Source: Thiotrichales bacterium (GTDB lineage: Bacteria; Pseudomonadota; Gammaproteobacteria; Francisellales; CACEW01). From it: DNA of 64,000 nt. This document shows, piece by piece, positions 40,297-49,117 of this stretch. Position 1 is the stretch's first letter, and each line of letters begins with the position of its first letter. Made by a program: the position numbers and the translations under genes. Below the pieces are notes generated by a model. It had not been told where the DNA came from. It ran no database searches and saw nothing but the letters and a program-made list of their open reading frames with translations. Where the stretch lies: the NCBI GenBank assembly GCA_947476405.1, contig CANJQG010000002.1, positions 7,050 to 71,049 of the forward strand. The letters are read 5' to 3'.

Positions 40297-40370
40297 GCAT
40301 TTTCGGACGTTGACTTTACACACATCATTCGCTATGATATTTTTTTCATAAAGTAGTGGCCAGATCAACT

Positions 40371-41153
40371 ATGCAAGTCATTGACTTTAATCGTCTTATT
40401 TCCGAAAAGGAAGAACTTAAAGAAAAATTTCTAAGTCAGAAACCCTTTCGATATCTCATTATTGATCATTTTCTAAAAACAGACGAAGCGGAAAAAATAT
40501 TACGAGAGTACCCACCAGTCAATCAAAAAGAGTGGGTTGATAGCAACGGAGAACATTCAAAAAAGAAATGGGCTCAGCCTTGTGTTGAAGGCTCTGTCGC
40601 CACAGATTTCTATCGCGAAGTAAATTCCGTAGACTTTCTTAATTTTATAGGTGAAATAACAGGCATTCCAGAATTGCTTGCAGATCATAACTTAACGGGC
40701 GCAGGATACCACCAAATTTTGGATGGTGGTTTTTTAAATGTACATATTGATTTTAACCGTTATAATGGCTTGGAACGTCGTTTAAATTTAATTGTTTACC
40801 TTAATCAAGGTTGGGAAGAAGAATATGGTGGATATTTAGAACTTTGGGACATGGAAACAAAAACACGAGTGGAAAATATTGCACCCACTTTTAATCGTTG
40901 TGTTATTTTTGAAACCAATGAAACCTCTTATCATGGCCACCCAGTTCCTTTAAAGACCAAAGGCAAGACCACTCGAAAATCCTTAAGCACTTATTACTAC
41001 ACAAAAAATAGAACTGATATTGAGCCTGCACCAACGCATACGACTATATTTATACATACACGAGGCTTAGCCAGCATCATCTCAAGCAAACTACGTTATT
41101 TAGGCCAAAGAATAAAGAAAAGTGCGCTAAAAAGACTGACAGCTAGGAAATAA
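40371..41153 (+). CDS. 2OG-Fe(II) oxygenase-superfamily protein (prolyl-hydroxylase-like)
   Basis: FLNVHIDFN (H-x-D), RRLNLIVYLNQGWEEEYGGYLELWD, SYHGHP. ATG 40371 preferred over GTG 40356. Confidence 0.65.
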   Translation: MQVIDFNRLISEKEELKEKFLSQKPFRYLIIDHFLKTDEAEKILREYPPVNQKEWVDSNGEHSKKKWAQPCVEGSVATDFYREVNSVDFLNFIGEITGIPELLADHNLTGAGYHQILDGGFLNVHIDFNRYNGLERRLNLIVYLNQGWEEEYGGYLELWDMETKTRVENIAPTFNRCVIFETNETSYHGHPVPLKTKGKTTRKSLSTYYYTKNRTDIEPAPTHTTIFIHTRGLASIISSKLRYLGQRIKKSALKRLTARK

Positions 41154-42038
41154 CCAACGGGGGTCTGCACTTGTTTTTACAATACAATCATAAATCGCTT
41201 GATTACGCTGCACTTTGATTGCATAGTGTTTTTTACGCAAGATATGAATTTCTATTTTAAGCATAAATAAGCGATAAGAAGCTCGTAGACGCTCTTTTTT
41301 GAGCAATTTACGCCAAACCGCCTCAGGATAATTTTTGACATAGAATAAATAAAGGCCGCGTTGTTTTTTAGTCCAATACTCGTACTCAGTAATTTGGCGT
41401 TCGCTCGCCCCTCCAAGATGCTCTACCTCAGCACCTGAACAATAACCAATGGCATAACCCGCTTTACGAATACGCAAGCACAGGTCTGCCTCTTCGCCAT
41501 ATAAAAAATAATCTTCATCAAACCCAGAAACAGATTCATAGACCGCCCGTGGAATCAGCATAAGCGCGCCTAGAACCCAAGCAATTTTACCAGGCAAATC
41601 TTCAAATGAAACAAGATATGGGTATTTCTTCAAACCTGGATAATCATACTTTTCTGTAATAACTCCAGCTTGATGATCCATAATTTTAGCACCAACCACA
41701 CCATATTCAGGATGTTCTTTTTGATATTCTAGCAGCTTTTCCAAAGCCTGTTGATCCACAAAATAAGTATCCGGATTTAAAAGTAAAATGATCTCACCCT
41801 GTGAAAATGCAACGCCTTGATTACAGCCTCGTCCAAAACCTTTATTTTCCTGATTCGAAACCCGCTTCACACGATCACCAACTCTCGTCAATATCTCAGT
41901 CAATTGGGGATTATTTTCATTATCAATCACAATGATTTCAAAATCTTGCATCGTTTGCAAAAACAAAGATTCCAAGCATTTTTGCAAAGGTCCCAGGGTT
42001 TTGTAGTTAATAATCACAATAGAGAGACGCAAAATCAA
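41127..42038 (-). CDS. Family-2 glycosyltransferase
   Basis: LSIVIINYKT, VIDNENN, LLLNPDT, DEDYFLYGEEADLC, typical of the GT2 rhamnosyltransferase-like subgroup. TTG start overlaps the upstream stop. Confidence 0.8.
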   Translation of the reverse strand: MILRLSIVIINYKTLGPLQKCLESLFLQTMQDFEIIVIDNENNPQLTEILTRVGDRVKRVSNQENKGFGRGCNQGVAFSQGEIILLLNPDTYFVDQQALEKLLEYQKEHPEYGVVGAKIMDHQAGVITEKYDYPGLKKYPYLVSFEDLPGKIAWVLGALMLIPRAVYESVSGFDEDYFLYGEEADLCLRIRKAGYAIGYCSGAEVEHLGGASERQITEYEYWTKKQRGLYLFYVKNYPEAVWRKLLKKERLRASYRLFMLKIEIHILRKKHYAIKVQRNQAIYDCIVKTSADPRWLFPSCQSF

Positions 42039-43186
42039 GACTCCTTTTCCAGATATATTCCAGTTAAAGCGATAAAACCCAACGCAACCGCATTGAGAAC
42101 AAGACCGCTATCCAAAAAGCCCATCAATACGAAAGCCCACCAAACTCCTTGTGCTTTGGCTACCCGTGGAAATAACCGGTATAAGCAAAACACATATAAA
42201 GCGAGTCCAATTAAACCCAGTTCAAAACCCGCATAAGTATAGGCGTTATGCGGATCATTAATCACAATCGTTGTGGGACTTGGATTTAAATCACGGTCAT
42301 ATACGGTTTTAAAACTACCAATTCCCGTACCCAGAAAGGGGTGAAGTCTGAGCTCATGAAAAGAGGCCACAGCAAAGGCCAAACGCAATCCTAATGAATT
42401 GTCCGAGCCAATTTCATTAATATTTTGTACTTGTGAAAAGGCTTCCACATTTTGCACGCCTAAATTCACACGCGCCTTAATCCCAGGCACTGCAAAATAT
42501 AAACCGATACAAAGCACAGGAAGCAGGCAGGCCAGAATCACGAACCATTTTTTGCTACCATATTGCCAGGCTAAAACTAAGGCCAGGACCATAAACAAAA
42601 GATAGCCACTCCGCTCCAGGTTGATCAATAACAGATAGATCAACAGGATGGCAAAAATCAAAACATCATGCCAGGCAAAGCGACGCTCAATCAGACGCAC
42701 AGCCAAAATCCACAAGGCTACAATAACGACAAAAATCAGTTGCAATGGGTTGATTTCAAAGGTGATATTCATGGACAGATGCGGCGCGAGTTGTGGGACA
42801 AACAGATGAAAAAAATAAAGTGTACTTAAAATAACATTGATCAACACACCCAAAATCAAACCCTGCTCTACCCAATAACGAGATTTTTCCTGCACGATCG
42901 CCAAAGGCACAATCAAAAACAAGAGCAGCTTGGCGTAGCCTTTTAAGCCTTCCAAAGCATGCCATACCGTCGACGCCTGGCTGTAACTCACGGTCATCAG
43001 GGCCCAAGCTAAAAATACATAAATGGCGATAAATACAGGTTGCTTTAAATAGGCTTTAGAAAACAACTGCTGACGCATCGAAGGCGTGAAAAAAACCGCC
43101 AATACCGCCAGGATCAAACACTGATTCGCTCCAAAGCGCCATAGCGTCATTAAAAATAAAGTCAATGCGAAAAAAAGCGCCGCCAA
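42035..43186 (-). CDS. O-antigen ligase/polymerase-family (Wzy_C) membrane protein
   Basis: About 10 TM segments with the central loop LINLERSGYLLFMVLAL (Wzy_C-like R/S/G region). TTG start lies 1 nt after the gltX2 stop. Confidence 0.65.
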   Translation of the reverse strand: MAALFFALTLFLMTLWRFGANQCLILAVLAVFFTPSMRQQLFSKAYLKQPVFIAIYVFLAWALMTVSYSQASTVWHALEGLKGYAKLLLFLIVPLAIVQEKSRYWVEQGLILGVLINVILSTLYFFHLFVPQLAPHLSMNITFEINPLQLIFVVIVALWILAVRLIERRFAWHDVLIFAILLIYLLLINLERSGYLLFMVLALVLAWQYGSKKWFVILACLLPVLCIGLYFAVPGIKARVNLGVQNVEAFSQVQNINEIGSDNSLGLRLAFAVASFHELRLHPFLGTGIGSFKTVYDRDLNPSPTTIVINDPHNAYTYAGFELGLIGLALYVFCLYRLFPRVAKAQGVWWAFVLMGFLDSGLVLNAVALGFIALTGIYLEKES

Positions 43187-43187
43187 T

Positions 43188-44582
43188 TTAAAACACCTCC
43201 CGCGCTAATTGCAGCCGTCGTAACGCTTCTGCTTGACCCAATAACTCTAAAATTCCACCCATTTGTGGGCCATGCAACTCCCCTGTTAATGCCACACGCA
43301 GGGGCATAAACAAGGCTTTTCCTTTCACCCCAAGGTGTTGGGCAAGGGTATCAGCCAAGACTTTAAAGTCACAGAATCCCGCTTCCAGCGTCTGATAAGC
43401 CAAATCAAAAAAGGACAAGCCCGCTTGTAAAATAATCTCCTGATGCTCCGTCAGTGCAAAATCAGTACCCAATAATATTTTCGCATACCGCAATGCATCT
43501 TTGGGAAATAAAATATTTTCACGCACGGTTTTGATAAACAAATCCCGTTGTGTTACCGATACGATTTCTTTGACATCAAACCAATCCCACAAAGCCAGAT
43601 CATCCAGACGATGCGCGGCCACACGCTGCCAATACAGCAATTGATCCGGATCAAAACGCGCAGCTGAATTGCCCAAAGATTCTAGGCGAAAATGTGCCGC
43701 CAAATCAGCATACGACATCAACTCATTTTTTTCATAATAGTGACCCAGGCGCGCCATATAATTGACCACCGCAATGGGCAAAAAACCGGCTTCCCGCATG
43801 TCTTGAATACTCAAACTGCCATTCCGTTTTGATAAAGGTGCGCCATCAACGCCATTAATCAAGGCCATGTGCGCATAACCCGGCTCACGCATCCCGAGGG
43901 CCTTTAAAATCATGAGCTGCCGCGGCGTATTGGTCAGGTGATCTTCGCCCCGCATCACATGCGTCACACCCATCAAGGAATCATCGATGGCATTACAAAA
44001 CATAAAAGACGAACCGCCATCATTCCGACGAATAATAAAGTCGCCGATGTCTTCTGCTTTAAAAGTTTGCTGACCTTTCACGCCATCTTTAAAGGAGATG
44101 ATTTCGCCCACTTGAATTTTAAATCGCAGCGTTGGTTTCACCCCTTTTGCTTCTAGCGCCTGACAATCAGCCTGACTTAAGCGCTTGCATTTTCCAGAAT
44201 AACGCGGAGCCTGAGCGGAGGCCTTTTGCAGTTTTCGCTCTAAATCCAATTCTTCTGCCGAGCAATAACAGGGATACGCCCGCCCCAAGTCGATGAGTTT
44301 TTGATAATACGCGTCATAAATCACATCCCGCGCGGATTGACGATAGGGCCCATGCTCGCCTCCGGAAACCCCTTCTCCTTCCTGCCACTCAATCCCCAGC
44401 CAATGCAGATCACGCACGAGATCCTCAATATGCTCAAGCGTAGAACGTGCCTTGTCTGTATCTTCAATCCGCAATAAAAATGTGCCATTCTGCCCCACGC
44501 CATACAGCGCGCTAAACAAAGCAGTACGGGCATTTCCCAGATGAATCAGACCAGTGGGACTCGGTGCAAAACGGGTTTTCAT
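43188..44582 (-). CDS. gltX: Glutamyl-tRNA synthetase, paralog 2
   Basis: MKTRFAPSPTGLIHLGNARTAL (HIGH) and PLSKRNGS (KMSKS). ATG 44582 preferred over the track start at 44624. Confidence 0.9.
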   Translation of the reverse strand: MKTRFAPSPTGLIHLGNARTALFSALYGVGQNGTFLLRIEDTDKARSTLEHIEDLVRDLHWLGIEWQEGEGVSGGEHGPYRQSARDVIYDAYYQKLIDLGRAYPCYCSAEELDLERKLQKASAQAPRYSGKCKRLSQADCQALEAKGVKPTLRFKIQVGEIISFKDGVKGQQTFKAEDIGDFIIRRNDGGSSFMFCNAIDDSLMGVTHVMRGEDHLTNTPRQLMILKALGMREPGYAHMALINGVDGAPLSKRNGSLSIQDMREAGFLPIAVVNYMARLGHYYEKNELMSYADLAAHFRLESLGNSAARFDPDQLLYWQRVAAHRLDDLALWDWFDVKEIVSVTQRDLFIKTVRENILFPKDALRYAKILLGTDFALTEHQEIILQAGLSFFDLAYQTLEAGFCDFKVLADTLAQHLGVKGKALFMPLRVALTGELHGPQMGGILELLGQAEALRRLQLAREVF

Positions 44583-44635
44583 TTTTGAAAAATTTCCATG
44601 TGATGATGGGGTATAGACTAGCATAAATCGTGCTT

Positions 44636-44911
44636 TTAAGAAAGCGCTCTTTTAGGCAACGGCGCCCAAGGAAGATTAAACCGAATACGCCAAAAAACCC
44701 ATGATTTTTCATCAAAAATTCCAGGAGGAGGCTGTTTTAAAACAGATTGAAACACCCTCACTCCGAAGGTTTTCTCAAGCACTAAAATATCTTCAAGCCT
44801 GCCATGCGCCATCGCATGTGCAATGAGATGCTCCTTATATTTCAAAGCTTCTTGCGGTGACTTCCACCAAATGACGCGCGTCACCACCTCCTCTAGACTT
44901 AATTTTTTCAT
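44636..44911 (-). CDS. Hypothetical 91-aa protein, translationally coupled downstream of the AbiEii-like gene
   Basis: ATG 44911-44909 overlaps the upstream TGA (ATGA). No family recognised. Confidence 0.45.
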   Translation of the reverse strand: MKKLSLEEVVTRVIWWKSPQEALKYKEHLIAHAMAHGRLEDILVLEKTFGVRVFQSVLKQPPPGIFDEKSWVFWRIRFNLPWAPLPKRALS

Positions 44912-45564
44912 GATCGCAATCCCACTTTCGATTGATACCGAGGCAGATGCCTTAAATCAAGTCGCCTGATTTCGCTTATTAAAAACGCCTTGATTTCATC
45001 TGATAAGCCAGCCAGATCTCCATCATCAAAAAAACCTAACGCCTTTAAGCTAAGAAGCGGATTAAAACTTGCCCCATAAATCGCCTGCGCTGCGCCCAGA
45101 CCATTTTCAAATAAATCATGTTGTAATAACGTGTATAAATCAAAGTAATCTTTATACTCTGCACGATCTTGAATTACTTTTAATTTAGAAGCCATGAGAT
45201 CCAACAAAGAAGCAACAGAAATGAATGTGTTTTCAGCTTCATCAGGTGATTGAATATGCCCAAAGGAAAGCCCTCCGAAAAAAGAAAGCTTCACAGTGCC
45301 TCCTCGATCAATTGCACAAACAAGCGAATTATTTTGACTTAAAATAGGCATTGCATCCTTCAAATAAGGGATATCCCGCAATAACTCGGAAGGATGAAAG
45401 CATTCACTGGAAAAAAAATCAAAATCAATGGATTGACGATGCCCTAAACGTAACGCAATAGCGGTTCCACCATAGAGCACAAAATGCTTAGGCGTGTCGA
45501 TCAGCTCTGGCCATAGTCGATACTGTGGAGCAGGCAGTATATCGAGTCTTGGGGTCAAAATCAT
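44908..45564 (-). CDS. Nucleotidyltransferase, AbiEii/AbiGii-toxin-like (DUF1814) family
   Basis: VLYGGTAIALRLGHRQSIDFDFF matches the remembered GGTAL...R.S.DiDf core of AbiEii. ATG 45564 (MILTPRL...). Confidence 0.6.
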   Translation of the reverse strand: MILTPRLDILPAPQYRLWPELIDTPKHFVLYGGTAIALRLGHRQSIDFDFFSSECFHPSELLRDIPYLKDAMPILSQNNSLVCAIDRGGTVKLSFFGGLSFGHIQSPDEAENTFISVASLLDLMASKLKVIQDRAEYKDYFDLYTLLQHDLFENGLGAAQAIYGASFNPLLSLKALGFFDDGDLAGLSDEIKAFLISEIRRLDLRHLPRYQSKVGLRS

Positions 45565-45638
45565 GTCTAGATGATAGCATAAATAGACTTTTGAAGCCAA
45601 TACAGCTACTATACTGTTTTGACTTGAATTGATTTTTC

Positions 45639-46304
45639 ATGGGACAGAGCTTTAAATTAAAAGGTAGCTTGTTTACCCTCAGTGTTTTACAGCTGATGAC
45701 AGCGGACCTCGAGGCCTTTGATGCGGATCTCAAAGCGAAAATTCAGTTAGCACCCAAGTTTTTCAATTGCACACCGATGGTCATTGATGTACAGGCTTTG
45801 AAAGTAGATCGGCTTGATTTTCAAAAATTAAAAAGCGTACTCCAAAACAATCAGGTCATTGCAGTGGGAATCAAAGGCGCACCCACTACCTGGCTGAATG
45901 AAATTCGTGAAGCGCATTTAGCTGTGATGAATGAGCCCGTTAAATCCGATAAAAAAGCGGGTGGTAATGCCAGCACGGAAGGCGGTAGCAAAATTATTTC
46001 AGAACCCGTCCGTTCCGGCCAGCGCATTTATGCAGAAGGCGGCGATTTAATTATCATCGGCACCGTCAGCTCGGGTGCAGAAATTTTGGCAGATGGCAAC
46101 ATTCATGTCTATGGAAGCCTCCGTGGCCGCGCTCTGGCAGGGGTCAATGGCAACAAAAACGCCCGCATTTTCTGCCAGCAACTGGCCGCAGAACTCGTTT
46201 CGATTGCCGGACATTTTCAGCTTTTTGAACATATTGCAGAACTCACCCACAGCCTCACTGAAATTTATTTGAAGCAAGATGAACTGATTATTGCAACGCT
46301 TTAA
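45639..46304 (+). CDS. minC: Septum site-determining protein MinC
   Basis: C-terminal beta-helix repeats: VRSGQRIYAEGGDLIIIGTVSSGAEILADGNIHVYGSLRGRALAG. Confidence 0.85.
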   Translation: MGQSFKLKGSLFTLSVLQLMTADLEAFDADLKAKIQLAPKFFNCTPMVIDVQALKVDRLDFQKLKSVLQNNQVIAVGIKGAPTTWLNEIREAHLAVMNEPVKSDKKAGGNASTEGGSKIISEPVRSGQRIYAEGGDLIIIGTVSSGAEILADGNIHVYGSLRGRALAGVNGNKNARIFCQQLAAELVSIAGHFQLFEHIAELTHSLTEIYLKQDELIIATL

Positions 46305-46380
46305 ATAAAAAAAGTAGCACAAAGAATATAGATGGAAAATAATAAAATATCAATTGACATGCGCATGAAAATAAAATAAA

Positions 46381-46773
46381 ATGCAACCACTTATCAAAAT
46401 CAATCCGGAAATAATCATGTTAGGAAAATGCATTCAGATAACAGGCGGAATACTAGCTACGGGATGCTGGATCGGAACTGGCGTTGTACTTGTCATCCTG
46501 GGCACCCACTCAATGAATAAAGGGCAGCATGCTAACCCAAACACTACGCCTCATTATGAAATAGAAAATGATAAAGCAGCTGGTTTTGTCCTGATGTTTG
46601 CAGGCTGTGGGGTGCTTGGATATGCTGCGCTCACTGGGTTATGTGCACTCGGAAATGCAGTGCATACAGCAATGAGTCATCGCCACCAGGAAGCTCCTCA
46701 CATCACAACGCCACTCCTCACCGCCACTCAACATACGACTCATATAGCAGCGCCAATCGTGCACCAGGTATAG
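46381..46773 (+). CDS. Small hypothetical membrane protein (2 TM, His/Thr-rich tail)
   Basis: ORF plus two hydrophobic segments. Start is uncertain (an internal ATG gives MLGKC...). Confidence 0.4.
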   Translation: MQPLIKINPEIIMLGKCIQITGGILATGCWIGTGVVLVILGTHSMNKGQHANPNTTPHYEIENDKAAGFVLMFAGCGVLGYAALTGLCALGNAVHTAMSHRHQEAPHITTPLLTATQHTTHIAAPIVHQV

Positions 46774-46884
46774 CGCTCAATTTAGTGTGTTACGAAACAG
46801 GACACTCAGCACTGATATTCTGGTGATCCGCACTGTCTTGATTCTTAGTGGCATTATACATACCATAAAATTCACTCATTCATC

Positions 46885-46913
46885 AAAATAAAAAAGGCCG
46901 CACCATGGCGACC
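46885..46913 (-). terminator. Rho-independent terminator downstream of the GH8 gene
   Basis: Minus strand reads GGUCGC-CAUGGU-GCGGCC (6-bp stem including one G-U pair) followed by UUUUUUAUUUU, about 30 nt after the TAA at 46945-46943. Confidence 0.55.
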
Positions 46914-46942
46914 TTGATTAGAACACACTGATCACTCAGCCA

Positions 46943-48838
46943 TTATGGCTGCGCTGAATTCAACACATACAGCTGACTGAGAAGATACAAACTTTCACCA
47001 AAATAGTTTTGATTATCTGCATTGCCATAGGTCATCGTCGCAAAATTAGCCATGTAATGCGCAAAGTCGGCTGCGGCTGCGGTATCACTGCCCGCGGACT
47101 CGCCATCTAATAAAGGAGTTGCAAAAATCCCTGTGGAAGACCAGGCCCCCAGATCATCATTCACTGGATCTGCAAAACTATTCGTAACATTTTGCACCGC
47201 ACCGGCAAGCGTCCAATTGGTATAACCCGTTGCATTGATTGTATAGCTTTGACCGACGAATTGAGGCCCATAAAGCGATGTCATATCACCTGCTGTCATA
47301 TATAAATTGCCCATGCTTGCGGTCAATGTATTCAAAATCGTCTGCGCTTCTGCACAAGAAGCATTCGCCTGACATTGATTCCCTTCATTATGAACATACC
47401 AGGCCAATAACATCGGCGTCCGCGCTCCATTATATTCGTATTGAATATTATTCACAGCAGGCAGATTCTCTACATAAGGCGCTGTCGAATCCGTAATGGC
47501 TCCCGTTGAATTACGAGCGGGAATAATAACCTGCATATCAACACCCGCTTGAAATAAACCATTGGCATCAAAATGAGACCACCCCGGAATCACGCCATTT
47601 TCACTCTGCTCCATCGCTTGTGCCTGAGCTAAACTATTGCTCAACAAGGTTTGATATGCTTTAGCATCGACGGTATCACCAGACTGATTTAACGCAGCAA
47701 TAAAAGCAGTCAATGCAGCAGGCTTAAAATAGCTGAGCGAGAACTGATTTCGGGTCTGATTATTATCGCCCATCGTCAGGGTTAAAGGCACCGAGAGCAT
47801 CTGCCCGCTCACATTCACAGAAGTGGTGGTATCTTTTTGAATAATCGTTTTAATCATGGCTAAAGCAGCATCTGTATACGTGGCATTATTCCATTTATCT
47901 CCCGCTAACAATAAAGCATACGCAATATCAATGTCCGCATCACTGGCACTTCCACCATTGGGATACTGTTGTGAAAGAGGCACTGCACCCGCCTGCAATC
48001 CATCAATATTGTCATAGCTGACCACCCAGCGCATCAAGCCATCCTGTTCTTTTGGACTCAGGGGTTGCGACGCATCTTCGGTATAATACTGACTATAATG
48101 CTGAACATAGCTGTAAAGATCAGAAAAAGTAGCCGAGTCATTCATCCCAACCGCAATCAACATGCCATAACCCATTCCTTCTGAAGTAGTATCATTTAAA
48201 TGCTGAAACCAATCATAATTGTTACCGGGACTCCCTGTCAGCATATACGCTTCCTGCTGAACGCGCGCCGTATCTCCCGGCATAGATTCATTCGAGCCAC
48301 TTTGAATCAGCACATCGGTTTTCCAATGGTCATATGAAGAAGATAAAGGTGGCGTCGGCAACTGCAATTGATTATTCACTGTATATTGAAAAATAGATTG
48401 CATCGAAGGCGTCGTATTATTAAATTGACCTGGAGTATTTTTTGCTCCATACGCCATCATTGTAATGGGCGTACTCGTCACCGCACTGATGGATGTCGGT
48501 ACTGCAGGCGTAGGCACTGCACCCGACACGCCTAAAATCTCATAAACACCCGCGCCAGACGCAGTTTGCACACAGAGATCAATCCAGGTATTCTGATTAA
48601 CCGACTGTGACCACCCAAGGGTGTTAGGATCATTTTGCTCAACATAAAAAGGAATCGACACAAAGGCATTTTGACCGTTTACCTGCAACTGCTGCTGCAC
48701 AATAAAGCTAGGATAATTTTGATTTTCAATTCCAATCCAGCCATAACCAGATGCACAATTAGCCGCATAAACCGACCCCATTGAGAGCCCAAGCGCACTC
48801 ATCAATACCCCATTACGAATCACTTTTTTCATTTTCAT
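46943..48838 (-). CDS. Secreted glycoside hydrolase family 8 protein (endoglucanase/chitosanase-like) with an N-terminal extension
   Basis: Signal peptide. ASDADIDIAYALLLAGDKW fits the GH8 signature A-[ST]-D-[AG]-D-x2-[IM]-A-x-[SA]-[LIVM]-[LIVMG]-x-A-x3-[FW]. SEGMGYGMLIAV lies upstream. Confidence 0.8.
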   Translation of the reverse strand: MKMKKVIRNGVLMSALGLSMGSVYAANCASGYGWIGIENQNYPSFIVQQQLQVNGQNAFVSIPFYVEQNDPNTLGWSQSVNQNTWIDLCVQTASGAGVYEILGVSGAVPTPAVPTSISAVTSTPITMMAYGAKNTPGQFNNTTPSMQSIFQYTVNNQLQLPTPPLSSSYDHWKTDVLIQSGSNESMPGDTARVQQEAYMLTGSPGNNYDWFQHLNDTTSEGMGYGMLIAVGMNDSATFSDLYSYVQHYSQYYTEDASQPLSPKEQDGLMRWVVSYDNIDGLQAGAVPLSQQYPNGGSASDADIDIAYALLLAGDKWNNATYTDAALAMIKTIIQKDTTTSVNVSGQMLSVPLTLTMGDNNQTRNQFSLSYFKPAALTAFIAALNQSGDTVDAKAYQTLLSNSLAQAQAMEQSENGVIPGWSHFDANGLFQAGVDMQVIIPARNSTGAITDSTAPYVENLPAVNNIQYEYNGARTPMLLAWYVHNEGNQCQANASCAEAQTILNTLTASMGNLYMTAGDMTSLYGPQFVGQSYTINATGYTNWTLAGAVQNVTNSFADPVNDDLGAWSSTGIFATPLLDGESAGSDTAAAADFAHYMANFATMTYGNADNQNYFGESLYLLSQLYVLNSAQP

Positions 48839-49024
48839 GCCTTTTCCTTTCTATGATTTAAACAATCCAAACATTATAGTAAAAATTAATAAATTAGTCC
48901 ATCACAATATATTTAATAAATTATTTAAATGTAACAAATATATTAAATAAATATTTTTATAAATTAATTTTTATTAAAAATCAAAAAGAAAAACTACAAC
49001 CCTCTTAATTACAAAAACCGCCTT

Positions 49025-49068
49025 GCTGATACCACCTGAAGCTGATACCACCTGAAGCTGATACCATC
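49025..49068. repeat. 16-bp tandem repeat, 2.7 copies
   Basis: gctgataccacctgaa occurs twice, then gctgataccatc, in the AT-rich divergent intergenic region. Confidence 0.85.
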
Positions 49069-49117
49069 AAAACTGCATAGTCATTTTACTATCATTCATT
49101 TAAAAAATGGAGAAAAA

